Notes: generated by a model from the sequence alone, not told the origin. A stretch of DNA of 64,000 bases from Thermoplasmata archaeon (GCA_034667685.1 JAXDQU010000079.1:44107-108106); one strand, 5' to 3'. Counted from the stretch's first letter, positions 54,190-62,676 are shown. Translations and numbers: made by a program.

Positions 54190-55668
54190 GTGCACGCCGA
54201 CCTGCTCTTCCTCGACGGCCCCGTCCTGACGCAGGACGCGCGCCGCCCCGTCTCGGACGCGCTCGCGGTCGTGGGCAACCGCATCGCGGCGCTCGGGGCG
54301 GAGGCGCGCGCCCTGCGCGGACCCGCCACGCGCGTCGTGGACCTCCGGGGCCGCGCGCTCGTGCCCGGCTTCATCGACGCGCACAACCACCTCGTGAGCT
54401 TCGGGATGCGCCTGATGCGCCTCGACCTCGCGCGCGTCGAGGACAAGGCCGAGCTGCTCGCGGCCCTCGCGGAGCGCGCCGGCATGACGCCCGCCGAAGG
54501 CTGGATCGTGGGCCACTCGTGGGACGAGGCCAAGTGGCGCGACCCCGCGCTCCCCACGCAGGAGGAGCTCGACCGCGCCGCGGGCGGGCGCAAGGCGTTG
54601 CTATCACGCGTCGACCGGCACGGCGGGCTCGCCACCACCGCGGCGCTGCGCGCGGCGAACGTCCAGGCCCACGGACCCTTCGTCGCGGAGGCCGACTACG
54701 ATCCGCTCGTGCGCGCGACCGCGCCGACGCTCCAGACGCTCGTGAAGGCCGTGGCCGCCGCGAGCCGCCGCGCGCACGAGCTGGGCGTCACGAGCAGCCA
54801 CGTCATGTGCGGCGGCGAGGACTTCGCGGCGCTCCAGGCGGCGCGCGACCAGGGCGCCCTGGGCGTGCGCGCCTCGTGCTTCGTCTACGAGGAGCACCTC
54901 GACGCGGCGATCCAGCTCGGCGCGCGCCGCGGGCTGGGCGACGCCTGGGTCCGCCTGCTCGGGCTGAAGCTCTTCGCGGACGGCTCGTTCGGCAGCCGCA
55001 CCGCCGCGATCTCGTTCCCCTTCCGCGACGGCGCGGGCAACGGCATGTTCGTCCACCCCGAGGGGCGGCTCGAATCGCTCGTGAAGCTCGCGCGCGAGAA
55101 GCACCTCCAGGTGGCCGTGCACGCCATCGGCGACCGCGCGGCCCGGCGCGTGCTCGACGCCTTCGAGCTCGCCAACGTGGCGCCCGCCGAGCGCGCCCGC
55201 ATCGAGCACCTGGAGATGGCCGAGGACCATGATATCACCCGCGCCGCGCGCATGGGCGTCGTCGCCAGCGTCCAGCCCAACTTCACCGGCGAGTGGGGGC
55301 ACAAGGGCGGGATGTACGAGGCGCGCCTGGGCTGGGACCACGCGCGCCGGCTCAACCGCTTCGGGGCGTACGCGGAGGCGGGGCTCCCGCTCGCGTTCGG
55401 CAGCGACGACATGCCGCTGGGCCCGCTCTACGGCATCCGCAGCGCGGTCGAGGCGCCCGAGCCCGCCCAGCGCGTCGGCGTCGCGCAGGCGCTCCACGCC
55501 TACACCGCGGGCGCGGCGTTCGCGGGCTTCGCCGAGGACGAGGTGGGCACGCTGCGCGAAGGCCTGCTCGCGGACCTCGTGGTGCTCTCGGCCGATCCGC
55601 GCTCCGACCTCGGCGCGGCGCGCGTGGCGATGACCGTCGTGGACGGGCGCGTCGTGCACGAGGGTTGA
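54190..55668 (+). CDS. Amidohydrolase (YtcJ/Amidohydro_3 family)
   Basis: PGFIDAHNH, KLFADGS.GSRTA, HAIGDRA, RIEH, GSD. Confidence 0.92.
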   Translation: MHADLLFLDGPVLTQDARRPVSDALAVVGNRIAALGAEARALRGPATRVVDLRGRALVPGFIDAHNHLVSFGMRLMRLDLARVEDKAELLAALAERAGMTPAEGWIVGHSWDEAKWRDPALPTQEELDRAAGGRKALLSRVDRHGGLATTAALRAANVQAHGPFVAEADYDPLVRATAPTLQTLVKAVAAASRRAHELGVTSSHVMCGGEDFAALQAARDQGALGVRASCFVYEEHLDAAIQLGARRGLGDAWVRLLGLKLFADGSFGSRTAAISFPFRDGAGNGMFVHPEGRLESLVKLAREKHLQVAVHAIGDRAARRVLDAFELANVAPAERARIEHLEMAEDHDITRAARMGVVASVQPNFTGEWGHKGGMYEARLGWDHARRLNRFGAYAEAGLPLAFGSDDMPLGPLYGIRSAVEAPEPAQRVGVAQALHAYTAGAAFAGFAEDEVGTLREGLLADLVVLSADPRSDLGAARVAMTVVDGRVVHEG

Positions 55669-55725
55669 GGCCCGAAGTTCCCCAGGCCCGTTGGCGGCGG
55701 AGGCTACGCGCCCGCCCTCCGAGCG

Positions 55726-57513
55726 ATGCGCGTGCGCGCGTGGGTCGCCGTCCTGATGCTCGCCCCCCTCCTCGCGCCTGCCGCCGCGGGCGCGTCCGCG
55801 GGCGCGATCGTCGTGACGCTCAAGCCCGCCGCGCACGCCCCTCTTCCTGCCGGCGCGATCCCGCTGGGCGTCGAGCCCGGCTTCGTCCTGCTGCACGCCA
55901 CCGCGCGCGACGCGCAGGCCTGGCGCTCCGACCCGCGCGTGCTGCGCGTGGACCCCGCCGAGCCGCTCGCCTACGCCGACGCGCCCATGTCAGGGGGACC
56001 GCCCGACGACGCGCTGCGCCTGACGCGCGCCACGCCCGACGCGCTCGCCCCCTTCGGCGCGGACGGCCGCGGCGTCACCGTCGCGGTGGTGGATTCGGGC
56101 GTCGACGCAACGCACCCGGACCTCGCGGGGCGCGTCGTGGGCGATTGGCGATTGGTGGACGGACAATTCGTGCCGGCGGCGGGCGACCCCAACGGCCACG
56201 GCACGCACGTCGCGGGCATCGTCGCCGCGGATGGCGCGTCGAGCCAGGGCGCGCACGTGGGCACCGCGCCGGGCGCCTCCATCGTCGCGCTCGACATCCT
56301 CTCGGAGAGCTTCACCACCACGAGCGCGCTCCTGGCCTACGACTGGCTCGACGCCCACCACGCGGAGTACGGCATCCGCGTCGTCGTCAACGCCTGGGGG
56401 CGCGTGGGCGACCCGCGCACGTTCGACCCAGACGACCCGCTCGTGCGCGCCATCGACCGCGTCGTGGACGACGGCGTCGTCGTGATCTTCAGCGCCACCA
56501 ACCACGGGCCCGCCGCCGGCTCGCTCTCCGTCGAGGCGCAGGACCCGCGCGTCGTGACCGTGGGCGCGGTGGACGACGCCGCCATCGTCACCCCCTACTC
56601 CTCGCGCGGCCCCGTCGCCGCCACCGTCGCGGTCACGTGGACCAAGCCTGACGTCATGGCGCCCGGCGAGTCGATCGTGGGCCTGCGCAGCCAGGAGACG
56701 GCGCCCAACCCGAGCATCGACCCCGACCCGCTCCACCGCGTGCTATCAGGAACGAGCCAGGCCGCGCCGCACGTCGCGGGCGTCGTCGCGCGCATGCTCG
56801 ACGCGCAGCCCGACCTCAAGCCGCTCGACGTCCTGCGCGCGCTCCGCGCCAGCGCCGTGGACCTCGGCCCGACGGGCCCCGACGACGGCTACGGCTACGG
56901 CCTGCTCGACGCGCCCGACGCGCTGCGCGCCGCCATGGGCGAGCCGCTCCGCCGCGACAACCCGCTCGCGGCCGGGGGCGACGCGCGCTACGACGACGCG
57001 GCCCAGGTCGCCGCCACGCCCACCGGATTCCTCGGCCTCACGCCCGAGCAGAGCGACGTCTGGAAGACCACGTTCCCCGTGCAGCCAGGCGCCACGGCCA
57101 TCGGCTTCGAGCTCGACGCGCCCAGCCTCGCGCAGGGGCTCGAAGCGCGCCTCGAAGGGCCGCGCGGCGGAGGCGGCGCCTGGACCGGCCCGACGCAGGA
57201 AAGCGGACAATCCGTGCTGCGCGGCCGCCTCGACGGCCCCGAGCCGGGCACGTGGACGCTGCACGTCCGCGCCGCGCTCCCCGCCAGCGCGCAGCTCGCG
57301 AGCCACGTCGACGTGCAGCTGGGCCGCAACCTCACGCGCCTCGCGCCGCTCGACCCACGCGCCCGCGCCCCCGACGCGCCCGAGCAGGGCTCCTCGCGCG
57401 CGCTCTCCGACGTGCTCGTCCTCGCCGGCGACCACGCCTGGGCCGCGCCGCTCGCCGCCGCGTTCGTGGTCGCCCCCTTCGGCTGGCTCGCCTGGCGCGC
57501 GCGCAGGGCCTAG
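55726..57513 (+). CDS. Secreted S8 subtilisin-like protease with C-terminal membrane anchor
   Basis: VVDSG, HGTHVAG, SGTSQAAPHV catalytic triad. Confidence 0.92.
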   Translation: MRVRAWVAVLMLAPLLAPAAAGASAGAIVVTLKPAAHAPLPAGAIPLGVEPGFVLLHATARDAQAWRSDPRVLRVDPAEPLAYADAPMSGGPPDDALRLTRATPDALAPFGADGRGVTVAVVDSGVDATHPDLAGRVVGDWRLVDGQFVPAAGDPNGHGTHVAGIVAADGASSQGAHVGTAPGASIVALDILSESFTTTSALLAYDWLDAHHAEYGIRVVVNAWGRVGDPRTFDPDDPLVRAIDRVVDDGVVVIFSATNHGPAAGSLSVEAQDPRVVTVGAVDDAAIVTPYSSRGPVAATVAVTWTKPDVMAPGESIVGLRSQETAPNPSIDPDPLHRVLSGTSQAAPHVAGVVARMLDAQPDLKPLDVLRALRASAVDLGPTGPDDGYGYGLLDAPDALRAAMGEPLRRDNPLAAGGDARYDDAAQVAATPTGFLGLTPEQSDVWKTTFPVQPGATAIGFELDAPSLAQGLEARLEGPRGGGGAWTGPTQESGQSVLRGRLDGPEPGTWTLHVRAALPASAQLASHVDVQLGRNLTRLAPLDPRARAPDAPEQGSSRALSDVLVLAGDHAWAAPLAAAFVVAPFGWLAWRARRA

Positions 57514-57692
57514 AGGCCGTTTCACAACTCTGTCGCAGTCGCTTGGCCCGCAGCTTCGCTTGCCGCCATCACGCCAAGACGCCAACACGCGGCGTGTTGG
57601 CGTCTTGGCGTGATGGCGGCAAGCGAAGCGCCACACGGAAGATGAAAAAGAAAACCTCGCAGCCAACCGAGGAGGTCATGAAAAGGTTCTGG
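57510..57692. mobile_element. MITE-like element, copy B (inverted relative to copy A, shorter internally)
   Basis: Reverse complement matches 4955-5195; starts CTAG-AGGCCGTTTCACAAC; internal CCATCACGCCAAGACGCCAACA palindrome. Confidence 0.8.
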
Positions 57693-58622
57693 TCATCGTG
57701 GCGTCGGGCGGGCCGTCTTCTGAGCGGCCTCGGCGACCGCGCGCCGCACCGTCTCCTCGATCGTGGGCACGTGGCCGAAGACCTCGCGCTGGAGACGCGT
57801 GTCGGCGACGTACTTGCCCGAGCCGAAGTAGCGCGCCATTGCCGTCATGTCGCGCCGGCGCGCCTCGCCCGCCGCGTCGTCGCCGCCCCAGCGCTGCATC
57901 GCCGCGTCCGGCTCCGCGAGGCGGATCTCGCGCCCCGCCTCCGCCGACACGAGGCGCGCAAGCTCGCGCAGCGTCACGGGCCGGTCGGAGCCCACGTCGA
58001 TCTTCCTCCCCTCGACGCCGCGCGCGTCCACCGCCTGCGCCAGGAGATCGGCGACCTCGTCCGGGTGCACGTACGTCCACGCGACGTCGGGCGGGCCGAA
58101 CGCCAGGATCGCGCCGCCCGCGAGCTGCTGGGTCCACCACGGGCTCCCGCCCAGGTACGCGCCCGGCCGCAGCGACACGGCGGGCACGCCGCTGGCCGCG
58201 AGGTGGTCCTCCGTGAGCTTCTTCGCCCAGAAATGGGGCACGCTGGGCGCCTGGTCCGCCGTCAGGATGCTGGTGAACACGAAGCGCCGGACGCCCGCCG
58301 CATGCGCCGCGTCGACGAGGCTCCGGTTGCCCTTGATATCAACGGCCTCGATCGAGTCGCCCGGCTTGCGCATCGAATAGCCGATCGCCGTCGTCACCAC
58401 CGCGTCCACGCCGCGCAACGCCGCCGGCAACGTCTCCGGCCTCGTGAGGTCGCCGCGCGCGATCTCCACCCCGCGCGCCTCGAGCGCGCCCGCCTCCGTG
58501 CCCGCGCGCACCAGCGCCCGCACGCGCTTCCCCCGCGCGAGAAGGGCGTTCACGACGCGGCTGCCGAGGTTGCCGGTGGCGCCCGCCACGAGCACCGGGC
58601 CCTGCGAGTCCGAAGCGGTCAT
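57693..58622 (-). CDS. NmrA/SDR family NAD(P)-binding oxidoreductase
   Basis: VLVAGATGNLG, GVRRFVFTS, HFWAK. Confidence 0.9.
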   Translation of the reverse strand: MTASDSQGPVLVAGATGNLGSRVVNALLARGKRVRALVRAGTEAGALEARGVEIARGDLTRPETLPAALRGVDAVVTTAIGYSMRKPGDSIEAVDIKGNRSLVDAAHAAGVRRFVFTSILTADQAPSVPHFWAKKLTEDHLAASGVPAVSLRPGAYLGGSPWWTQQLAGGAILAFGPPDVAWTYVHPDEVADLLAQAVDARGVEGRKIDVGSDRPVTLRELARLVSAEAGREIRLAEPDAAMQRWGGDDAAGEARRRDMTAMARYFGSGKYVADTRLQREVFGHVPTIEETVRRAVAEAAQKTARPTPR

Positions 58623-58734
58623 GACGGACCCAGCGCCCTGCGTCGGTTTATTCGTGATGGCTGCCACGCGGCCCGCATCGCAAGGTTCACGCCCGGCCAA
58701 GGAGCACGCGGCGCGTGGGACCATGGGCCGCCGG

Positions 58735-59247
58735 ATGATCCTTCCCCACGAGCGGGACCCGCGTCTCACCACCCTGCGCCGCGGCGGCACGCTCACGGAC
58801 GCCCACCACCGCCTCCTCGCACTCTGGGCGGCCGACTGCACCGAGCACGTCCTCCACCACTTCGAGGCCGCCCGCGCCGACGACCGCCCCCGCCGAGCGA
58901 TCGAGCAGGCGCGCGCCTGGACACGCGGCGAGATCACGATGACGCAAGCCCGCGAAGCCGCCGGCGCGGCGAACGACGCCGCCCGCGACCTCGCAGGCGC
59001 CCCCCGCCACGCCGCCCACGCCGCCGGCCAAGCCGCCGCCGTCGCGCACGTCGCCGCCCACTACCTCGGCGCCGCCGCCTACGCCATCAAGGCCGCGCGC
59101 GAAGCCGCCCCCGAGAACGAACGCGACGACGCAGCGCGCGCGGAACGCTCGTGGCAACGCGCGCGGATCCCGAGCGAGATCCGGACGCTCGTGCTCGACG
59201 ACCAGAAGGCGCGGAACGCGCTCTGCTGGTTCGTGTTCGAGGACTGA
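58735..59247 (+). CDS. Imm5-like putative immunity protein
   Basis: LALWAADCTEHVL, DDRPRRAIE.ARAW, AAGQAAAVAHV. Confidence 0.8.
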   Translation: MILPHERDPRLTTLRRGGTLTDAHHRLLALWAADCTEHVLHHFEAARADDRPRRAIEQARAWTRGEITMTQAREAAGAANDAARDLAGAPRHAAHAAGQAAAVAHVAAHYLGAAAYAIKAAREAAPENERDDAARAERSWQRARIPSEIRTLVLDDQKARNALCWFVFED

Positions 59248-59316
59248 CGTCGACCAAGGCAAGTTTCAAGGCGTCGCGGCCGGTCATGCGAATGCCGGCC
59301 CGCGCGCCAGCGAAAC

Positions 59317-59389
59317 AGCCCCATGGTCTAGTGGCCAATGATTCGGGACTTTGGATCCTGCGACCTCGGTTCGAATCCGAGTGGGGCTA
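59317..59389 (+). tRNA. tRNA-Gln(TTG)
   Basis: AGCCCCA/TGGGGCT acceptor, CGGGA-CTTTGGA-TCCTG anticodon arm, GGTTCGAATCC. Confidence 0.95.
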
Positions 59390-59468
59390 TGCTCGGAGCG
59401 CAGCGACGAGCATCGCCCCGCGAGGATGAGGCCGAACCGCAGTTCGGCCGGAATCCGAGTTGGGCTAT
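59373..59468 (+). mobile_element. Mini hairpin insert duplicating the tRNA-Gln 3' end
   Basis: GAATCCGAGTGGGGCTAT (59373), inverted copy (59407-59427), hairpin GGCCGAACCGCAGTTCGGCC, then GAATCCGAGTTGGGCTAT (59451). Confidence 0.75.
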
Positions 59469-59482
59469 CAAAATCGTCGCGT

Positions 59483-59776
59483 TCAGCACGTGTCCAGGAT
59501 CCACGTGGGGCCGCCGCCGGTCAGGCAGACGTAGGCGATGGGGCCGTAGGTCTGCGGGTCGATCCAGGGGCAGTGGGTCGTGAGGACGCAGACGGGGCCG
59601 TCGTTGCCGACGGTGTAGCCGTCGATCGTCTTGTTCTCGGTGCAGGCGTAGACGACGCCGAAGTTCTGGATCCAGATGATCTGGGTGCAGTGGGCGGGGA
59701 TGCCGATGCTGGCGCTCGCGGCGGGAAGGGTGGCAAGGGCGGCCAGGAGGGCGAGGAGGGCGAAGGTCGGTCGCAT
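59483..59776 (-). CDS. Small secreted 6-Cys protein
   Basis: Signal peptide ending ASA; 6 Cys including the C-terminal residue. Confidence 0.7.
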   Translation of the reverse strand: MRPTFALLALLAALATLPAASASIGIPAHCTQIIWIQNFGVVYACTENKTIDGYTVGNDGPVCVLTTHCPWIDPQTYGPIAYVCLTGGGPTWILDTC

Positions 59777-59921
59777 GCGTCCCGCGGATGGGCGTGGGGG
59801 ACAAGAACGTGGTGGGCAGCGGCGAGGTTGCATGCCGCCGCGGCGCGGCCGGCCCGGACGCGCGCGTGGGGCAGCATGCTATCAAAAAAGAAAGGCAGGG
59901 GCGCGTGGCCCCCACGGGCGC

Positions 59922-60236
59922 CTACTTCGCGCCCAGGTTCGTCTTGAAGCCCTTGCCGGGGCGGAACTTGACCTTCGTGCTGGCGGGCTTGGGCTTGGTG
60001 ACGTATTCCTCGCCGGTGAAGGGGTTCTTGGCCTTCTGGCCGCCCTTCTGGGCGGGCTTGACGGTCTTCGAGAAGGTGCCGACGCCGGTGACGCTGACGC
60101 GGTCGTTCTTCTTGAGGAGGACGGCGACGCCATCGAAGGTGGCCTTGATGGCCTCGCGGGCCTGCTTGGGGGCGAGGCCGGTCTTCTTGGCAACGTGCTC
60201 GGCGATGTCGGTGGTCTTGGCAGTCTTCGCGGCCAT
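59922..60236 (-). CDS. HU-family DNA-binding protein (HTa-like)
   Basis: VSVTGVGTF, KNPFTGE, KVKFRPGK; Lys-rich. Confidence 0.92.
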   Translation of the reverse strand: MAAKTAKTTDIAEHVAKKTGLAPKQAREAIKATFDGVAVLLKKNDRVSVTGVGTFSKTVKPAQKGGQKAKNPFTGEEYVTKPKPASTKVKFRPGKGFKTNLGAK

Positions 60237-60442
60237 GCGGGGTTTCTCCCGCGGGGCGCAAAGCGCTCCTCCCGCTTGGATTCGACGGGTCCGCGGGTGC
60301 TGAACCCACGTTTTCCGGGCCTTTTCCGTGGGGGGAGCGTTGCCACTGCATCGGCTCCGCGGGGGAAGTGCCGGGCAGCGCCGCGGGCGGGGCGCGCGTT
60401 TCGGCCGCAACGACCATGCCGGCCGGGGGCGCTCGCGAGGGC

Positions 60443-61156
60443 ATGGGTCTCGCCGACGATCTTCGGGGCATGGTGGTGCGGGCGTTCTACGGGGCCGATC
60501 CGCCCGAGGGGATGCGGCGGGTCTACAGCCCGGACGCCGCGTTCATCAAGGCGATCGTGTACGAGCACTGGCAGTTCCTGCAGCACTTCCCGCGCTGGTG
60601 CGGCGCCGTCATGGCGCGCGCTCCGCACGAGGACGTGTGGATCTATGAGGTGGACAACCTGCACGAGGAGCTGGTGCACGACGAGGGGGCGGGCTCCGGC
60701 CACTACCAGATCATGCGCGATGCGGCGCGCGAGGTGGGCTGGACGGAGGCGGACCTGGCGCGCGGGCCGGGCCCGAAGATGGCGCGGGCGATCCGCGACT
60801 GGTGGGACATCTGCGCGACGCGCCCCTGGCCCGAGGCGATGGCGGCGATCCACGGCACGGAGATGCTCGCCGACCAGCGCCTCAAGAAGCACCCGGAGTT
60901 CCGGCAGCCCGCGATCGTCAGCGACAGCGGCTTCTCGGCGTCGCGCGGCTACGGGCCCGCCGTGCAGCGCTGGCTGAACACGACGGCGGCGGACACGGCG
61001 CACGCGGGCCGGGCGGCGGCGCTCGTGGAGAAGTACGCGGCGACCGACGCGACGGAGGAGGGCGTGCGGCGCACCTTCGCGCGGAGCATGGACGACATGC
61101 GGCTCTACTTCGAGGCGGTGGTGGACCGGCGCGCCGAGGTGCTGCGGCATGGCTGA
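60443..61156 (+). CDS. Heme-oxygenase-like (TenA/PqqC/CADD) putative diiron enzyme
   Basis: FPRW, NLHEE...H, E(TEM), D..H ligand pattern. Confidence 0.75.
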   Translation: MGLADDLRGMVVRAFYGADPPEGMRRVYSPDAAFIKAIVYEHWQFLQHFPRWCGAVMARAPHEDVWIYEVDNLHEELVHDEGAGSGHYQIMRDAAREVGWTEADLARGPGPKMARAIRDWWDICATRPWPEAMAAIHGTEMLADQRLKKHPEFRQPAIVSDSGFSASRGYGPAVQRWLNTTAADTAHAGRAAALVEKYAATDATEEGVRRTFARSMDDMRLYFEAVVDRRAEVLRHG

Positions 61157-61460
61157 GCCCGAGCCGGGCGACACGAAGGAGGCGGGCTGCGCGCTCTGCG
61201 GCTCCTCGTGGGGCAACTGGTGGGAGGAGGCGGAGGGCAAGCGCCTCTTCTTCTGCTGCTCGATCTGCGCGGTCGCGTACCAGGACGCCATCCGCCACGT
61301 GAAGCGGCTCACCGGCTGGCCGCGCGTCGACCGCCTCTACCTTGAGGACGTGCGCGGCAACGAGGGCGAGGGCTGGGCGCGCGACGGCCACGGGAAGCGC
61401 GTCACGTTCTGGCTGACCGGCGAGGACTCGGGGATAATCACGGAGATGAGGCTCACGTGA
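61149..61460 (+). CDS. TA0938-family Zn-binding protein
   Basis: GTK-like DTKEAGCALCGSSWG, LFFCCSICA, VKRLTGW. Confidence 0.8.
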   Translation: MAEPEPGDTKEAGCALCGSSWGNWWEEAEGKRLFFCCSICAVAYQDAIRHVKRLTGWPRVDRLYLEDVRGNEGEGWARDGHGKRVTFWLTGEDSGIITEMRLT

Positions 61461-61636
61461 CGTGCCCGGTCTGCCCGGCCCCCATGCCCGACGCCGACGC
61501 GCTGGCCCGCCATCTGCGCGAGCAGGCCGACGCCAGCGAGGGGCGGCACGTCATGTGGCTCAACCGGCGCGTGTCGCTCCGGGAGATCCCCGAGGCGCAA
61601 ATCGCGGCGCGGTTGCGCGAGCTAGGCTTGCCTTAG
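61457..61636 (+). CDS. 59-aa C2H2-type Zn-finger protein (not in ORF track)
   Basis: GTGA overlap; MTCPVC...LARHL...HVMWLNRR. Confidence 0.75.
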   Translation: MTCPVCPAPMPDADALARHLREQADASEGRHVMWLNRRVSLREIPEAQIAARLRELGLP

Positions 61637-61647
61637 TGGCCGACGGG

Positions 61648-61723
61648 ACACGAAGGCACGAAGCCACGAAGAGCACGAAATCTCCTCGGACTTCGTGCTC
61701 TTCGTGGCTTCGTGCCTTCGTGT
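61648..61723. repeat. Perfect 32-bp periodic palindrome of CACGAAG units
   Basis: ACACGAAGGCACGAAGCCACGAAGAGCACGAA and its exact reverse complement, 12-nt loop. Confidence 0.92.
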
Positions 61724-61733
61724 TGAAGCGGCC

Positions 61734-62456
61734 TCAATTCCCCGCGACGGGCGCCTGGGCCTTCCGCGCCGCACGAACCCGCACGTTCAATTCGAGGTGC
61801 GGCGCCATGCCGCCCAGCAGCGTGTTCTCGGCCTTCCGCAGGTGCTCCTCGAACGTGGAGCGCGAGAGGCCCACGGAGTCCGCGATCGCGGCGGCGGTCG
61901 TGCGGCGCGGCGAGGCGTACAGGCCGTGGCGGTTGGCGAGCACGACGGCCTCCGCTTGCTTGTCGGTGAGCGCGTCGAAGAGCGAGCCGAGGCCCGGACC
62001 CTCGGCGGCCAGGAGCGCCTGCCGGTTGAGCGGCTTCTTCGCCACGAGCTCGACCTCGGCGCCCTCCTTGCGCAGCCGCGCGAAGACGTCGCGCGTCCTC
62101 TCCTCGCTGAAGCTCACCATCTTGAACTCCTCCCAGCCGGCGTGGATGCGCGCGGGCGGCACGTGCAGGCAGCGCGACTCGTCGATGTGCTCGACGGCCG
62201 AGCCATGCGGCGTGTTGGAGCAGAGCCCGACGATCACGTGGAGCGCGCCGTCCAGCTCGTGGATCTCCGCGTCGCCCTCGTGCATGCCCATCGTCGCGGC
62301 CAGCGCATCGGCGTCCGCGCGCGTGGCGCCCGAAAGCTCGTACACGTCGAACTCCCAGTTGCACCAGACGGTCAGCGCGACGCCGGGACGCTGCGCCGTG
62401 AACGCGCCCAGGGGCGTGTCGTGGCGCACGCGGAAGTGGACCGACTCGGGGGCCAT
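61734..62456 (-). CDS. Bacterio-opsin activator (Bat/HTH-10) family regulator
   Basis: LTDKQAEAVVLA...GLY..PR...IA..VGLSRSTFEEHLRKAE. Confidence 0.9.
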   Translation of the reverse strand: MAPESVHFRVRHDTPLGAFTAQRPGVALTVWCNWEFDVYELSGATRADADALAATMGMHEGDAEIHELDGALHVIVGLCSNTPHGSAVEHIDESRCLHVPPARIHAGWEEFKMVSFSEERTRDVFARLRKEGAEVELVAKKPLNRQALLAAEGPGLGSLFDALTDKQAEAVVLANRHGLYASPRRTTAAAIADSVGLSRSTFEEHLRKAENTLLGGMAPHLELNVRVRAARKAQAPVAGN

Positions 62457-62556
62457 GCGGGGGATTCGGCCGCCCTCTGCAAATAAGCTGACCCGGCGCA
62501 CGCCGGCCCCGCGCGCTGGCGCAAGCCAGGAGCCCACGCGCCGCGTGGTGGATCTC

Positions 62557-62676
62557 ATGGACCCGCGATTCCCGCCCGAGACGGCCTGGTACGTGAAGAA
62601 CGAGCGCGCGTGGATCCCGCCCGAACCGGAGCGGGCGGGCCTGCTCGCGGCGCTCGCTCGCCTGCTGCGGTCGTGA
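62557..62676 (+). CDS. Putative 39-aa microprotein divergent from the Bat regulator
   Basis: MDPRFPPETAWYVKNERAWIPPEPERAGLLAALARLLRS, host codon usage, GGTGG upstream. Confidence 0.45.
   Translation: MDPRFPPETAWYVKNERAWIPPEPERAGLLAALARLLRS

Noticed and set aside
59922-60236. HU gene as evidence of bacterial contamination
   Set aside because: HU-family HTa is established in Thermoplasmatota, and the neighbours (pus10, TA0938 family, Bat HTH) are archaeal.
1511-61723. CRISPR or TIGR-type array
   Set aside because: No regularly spaced repeat-spacer series and no cas or Nop-domain gene; the repeats are isolated short palindromes.
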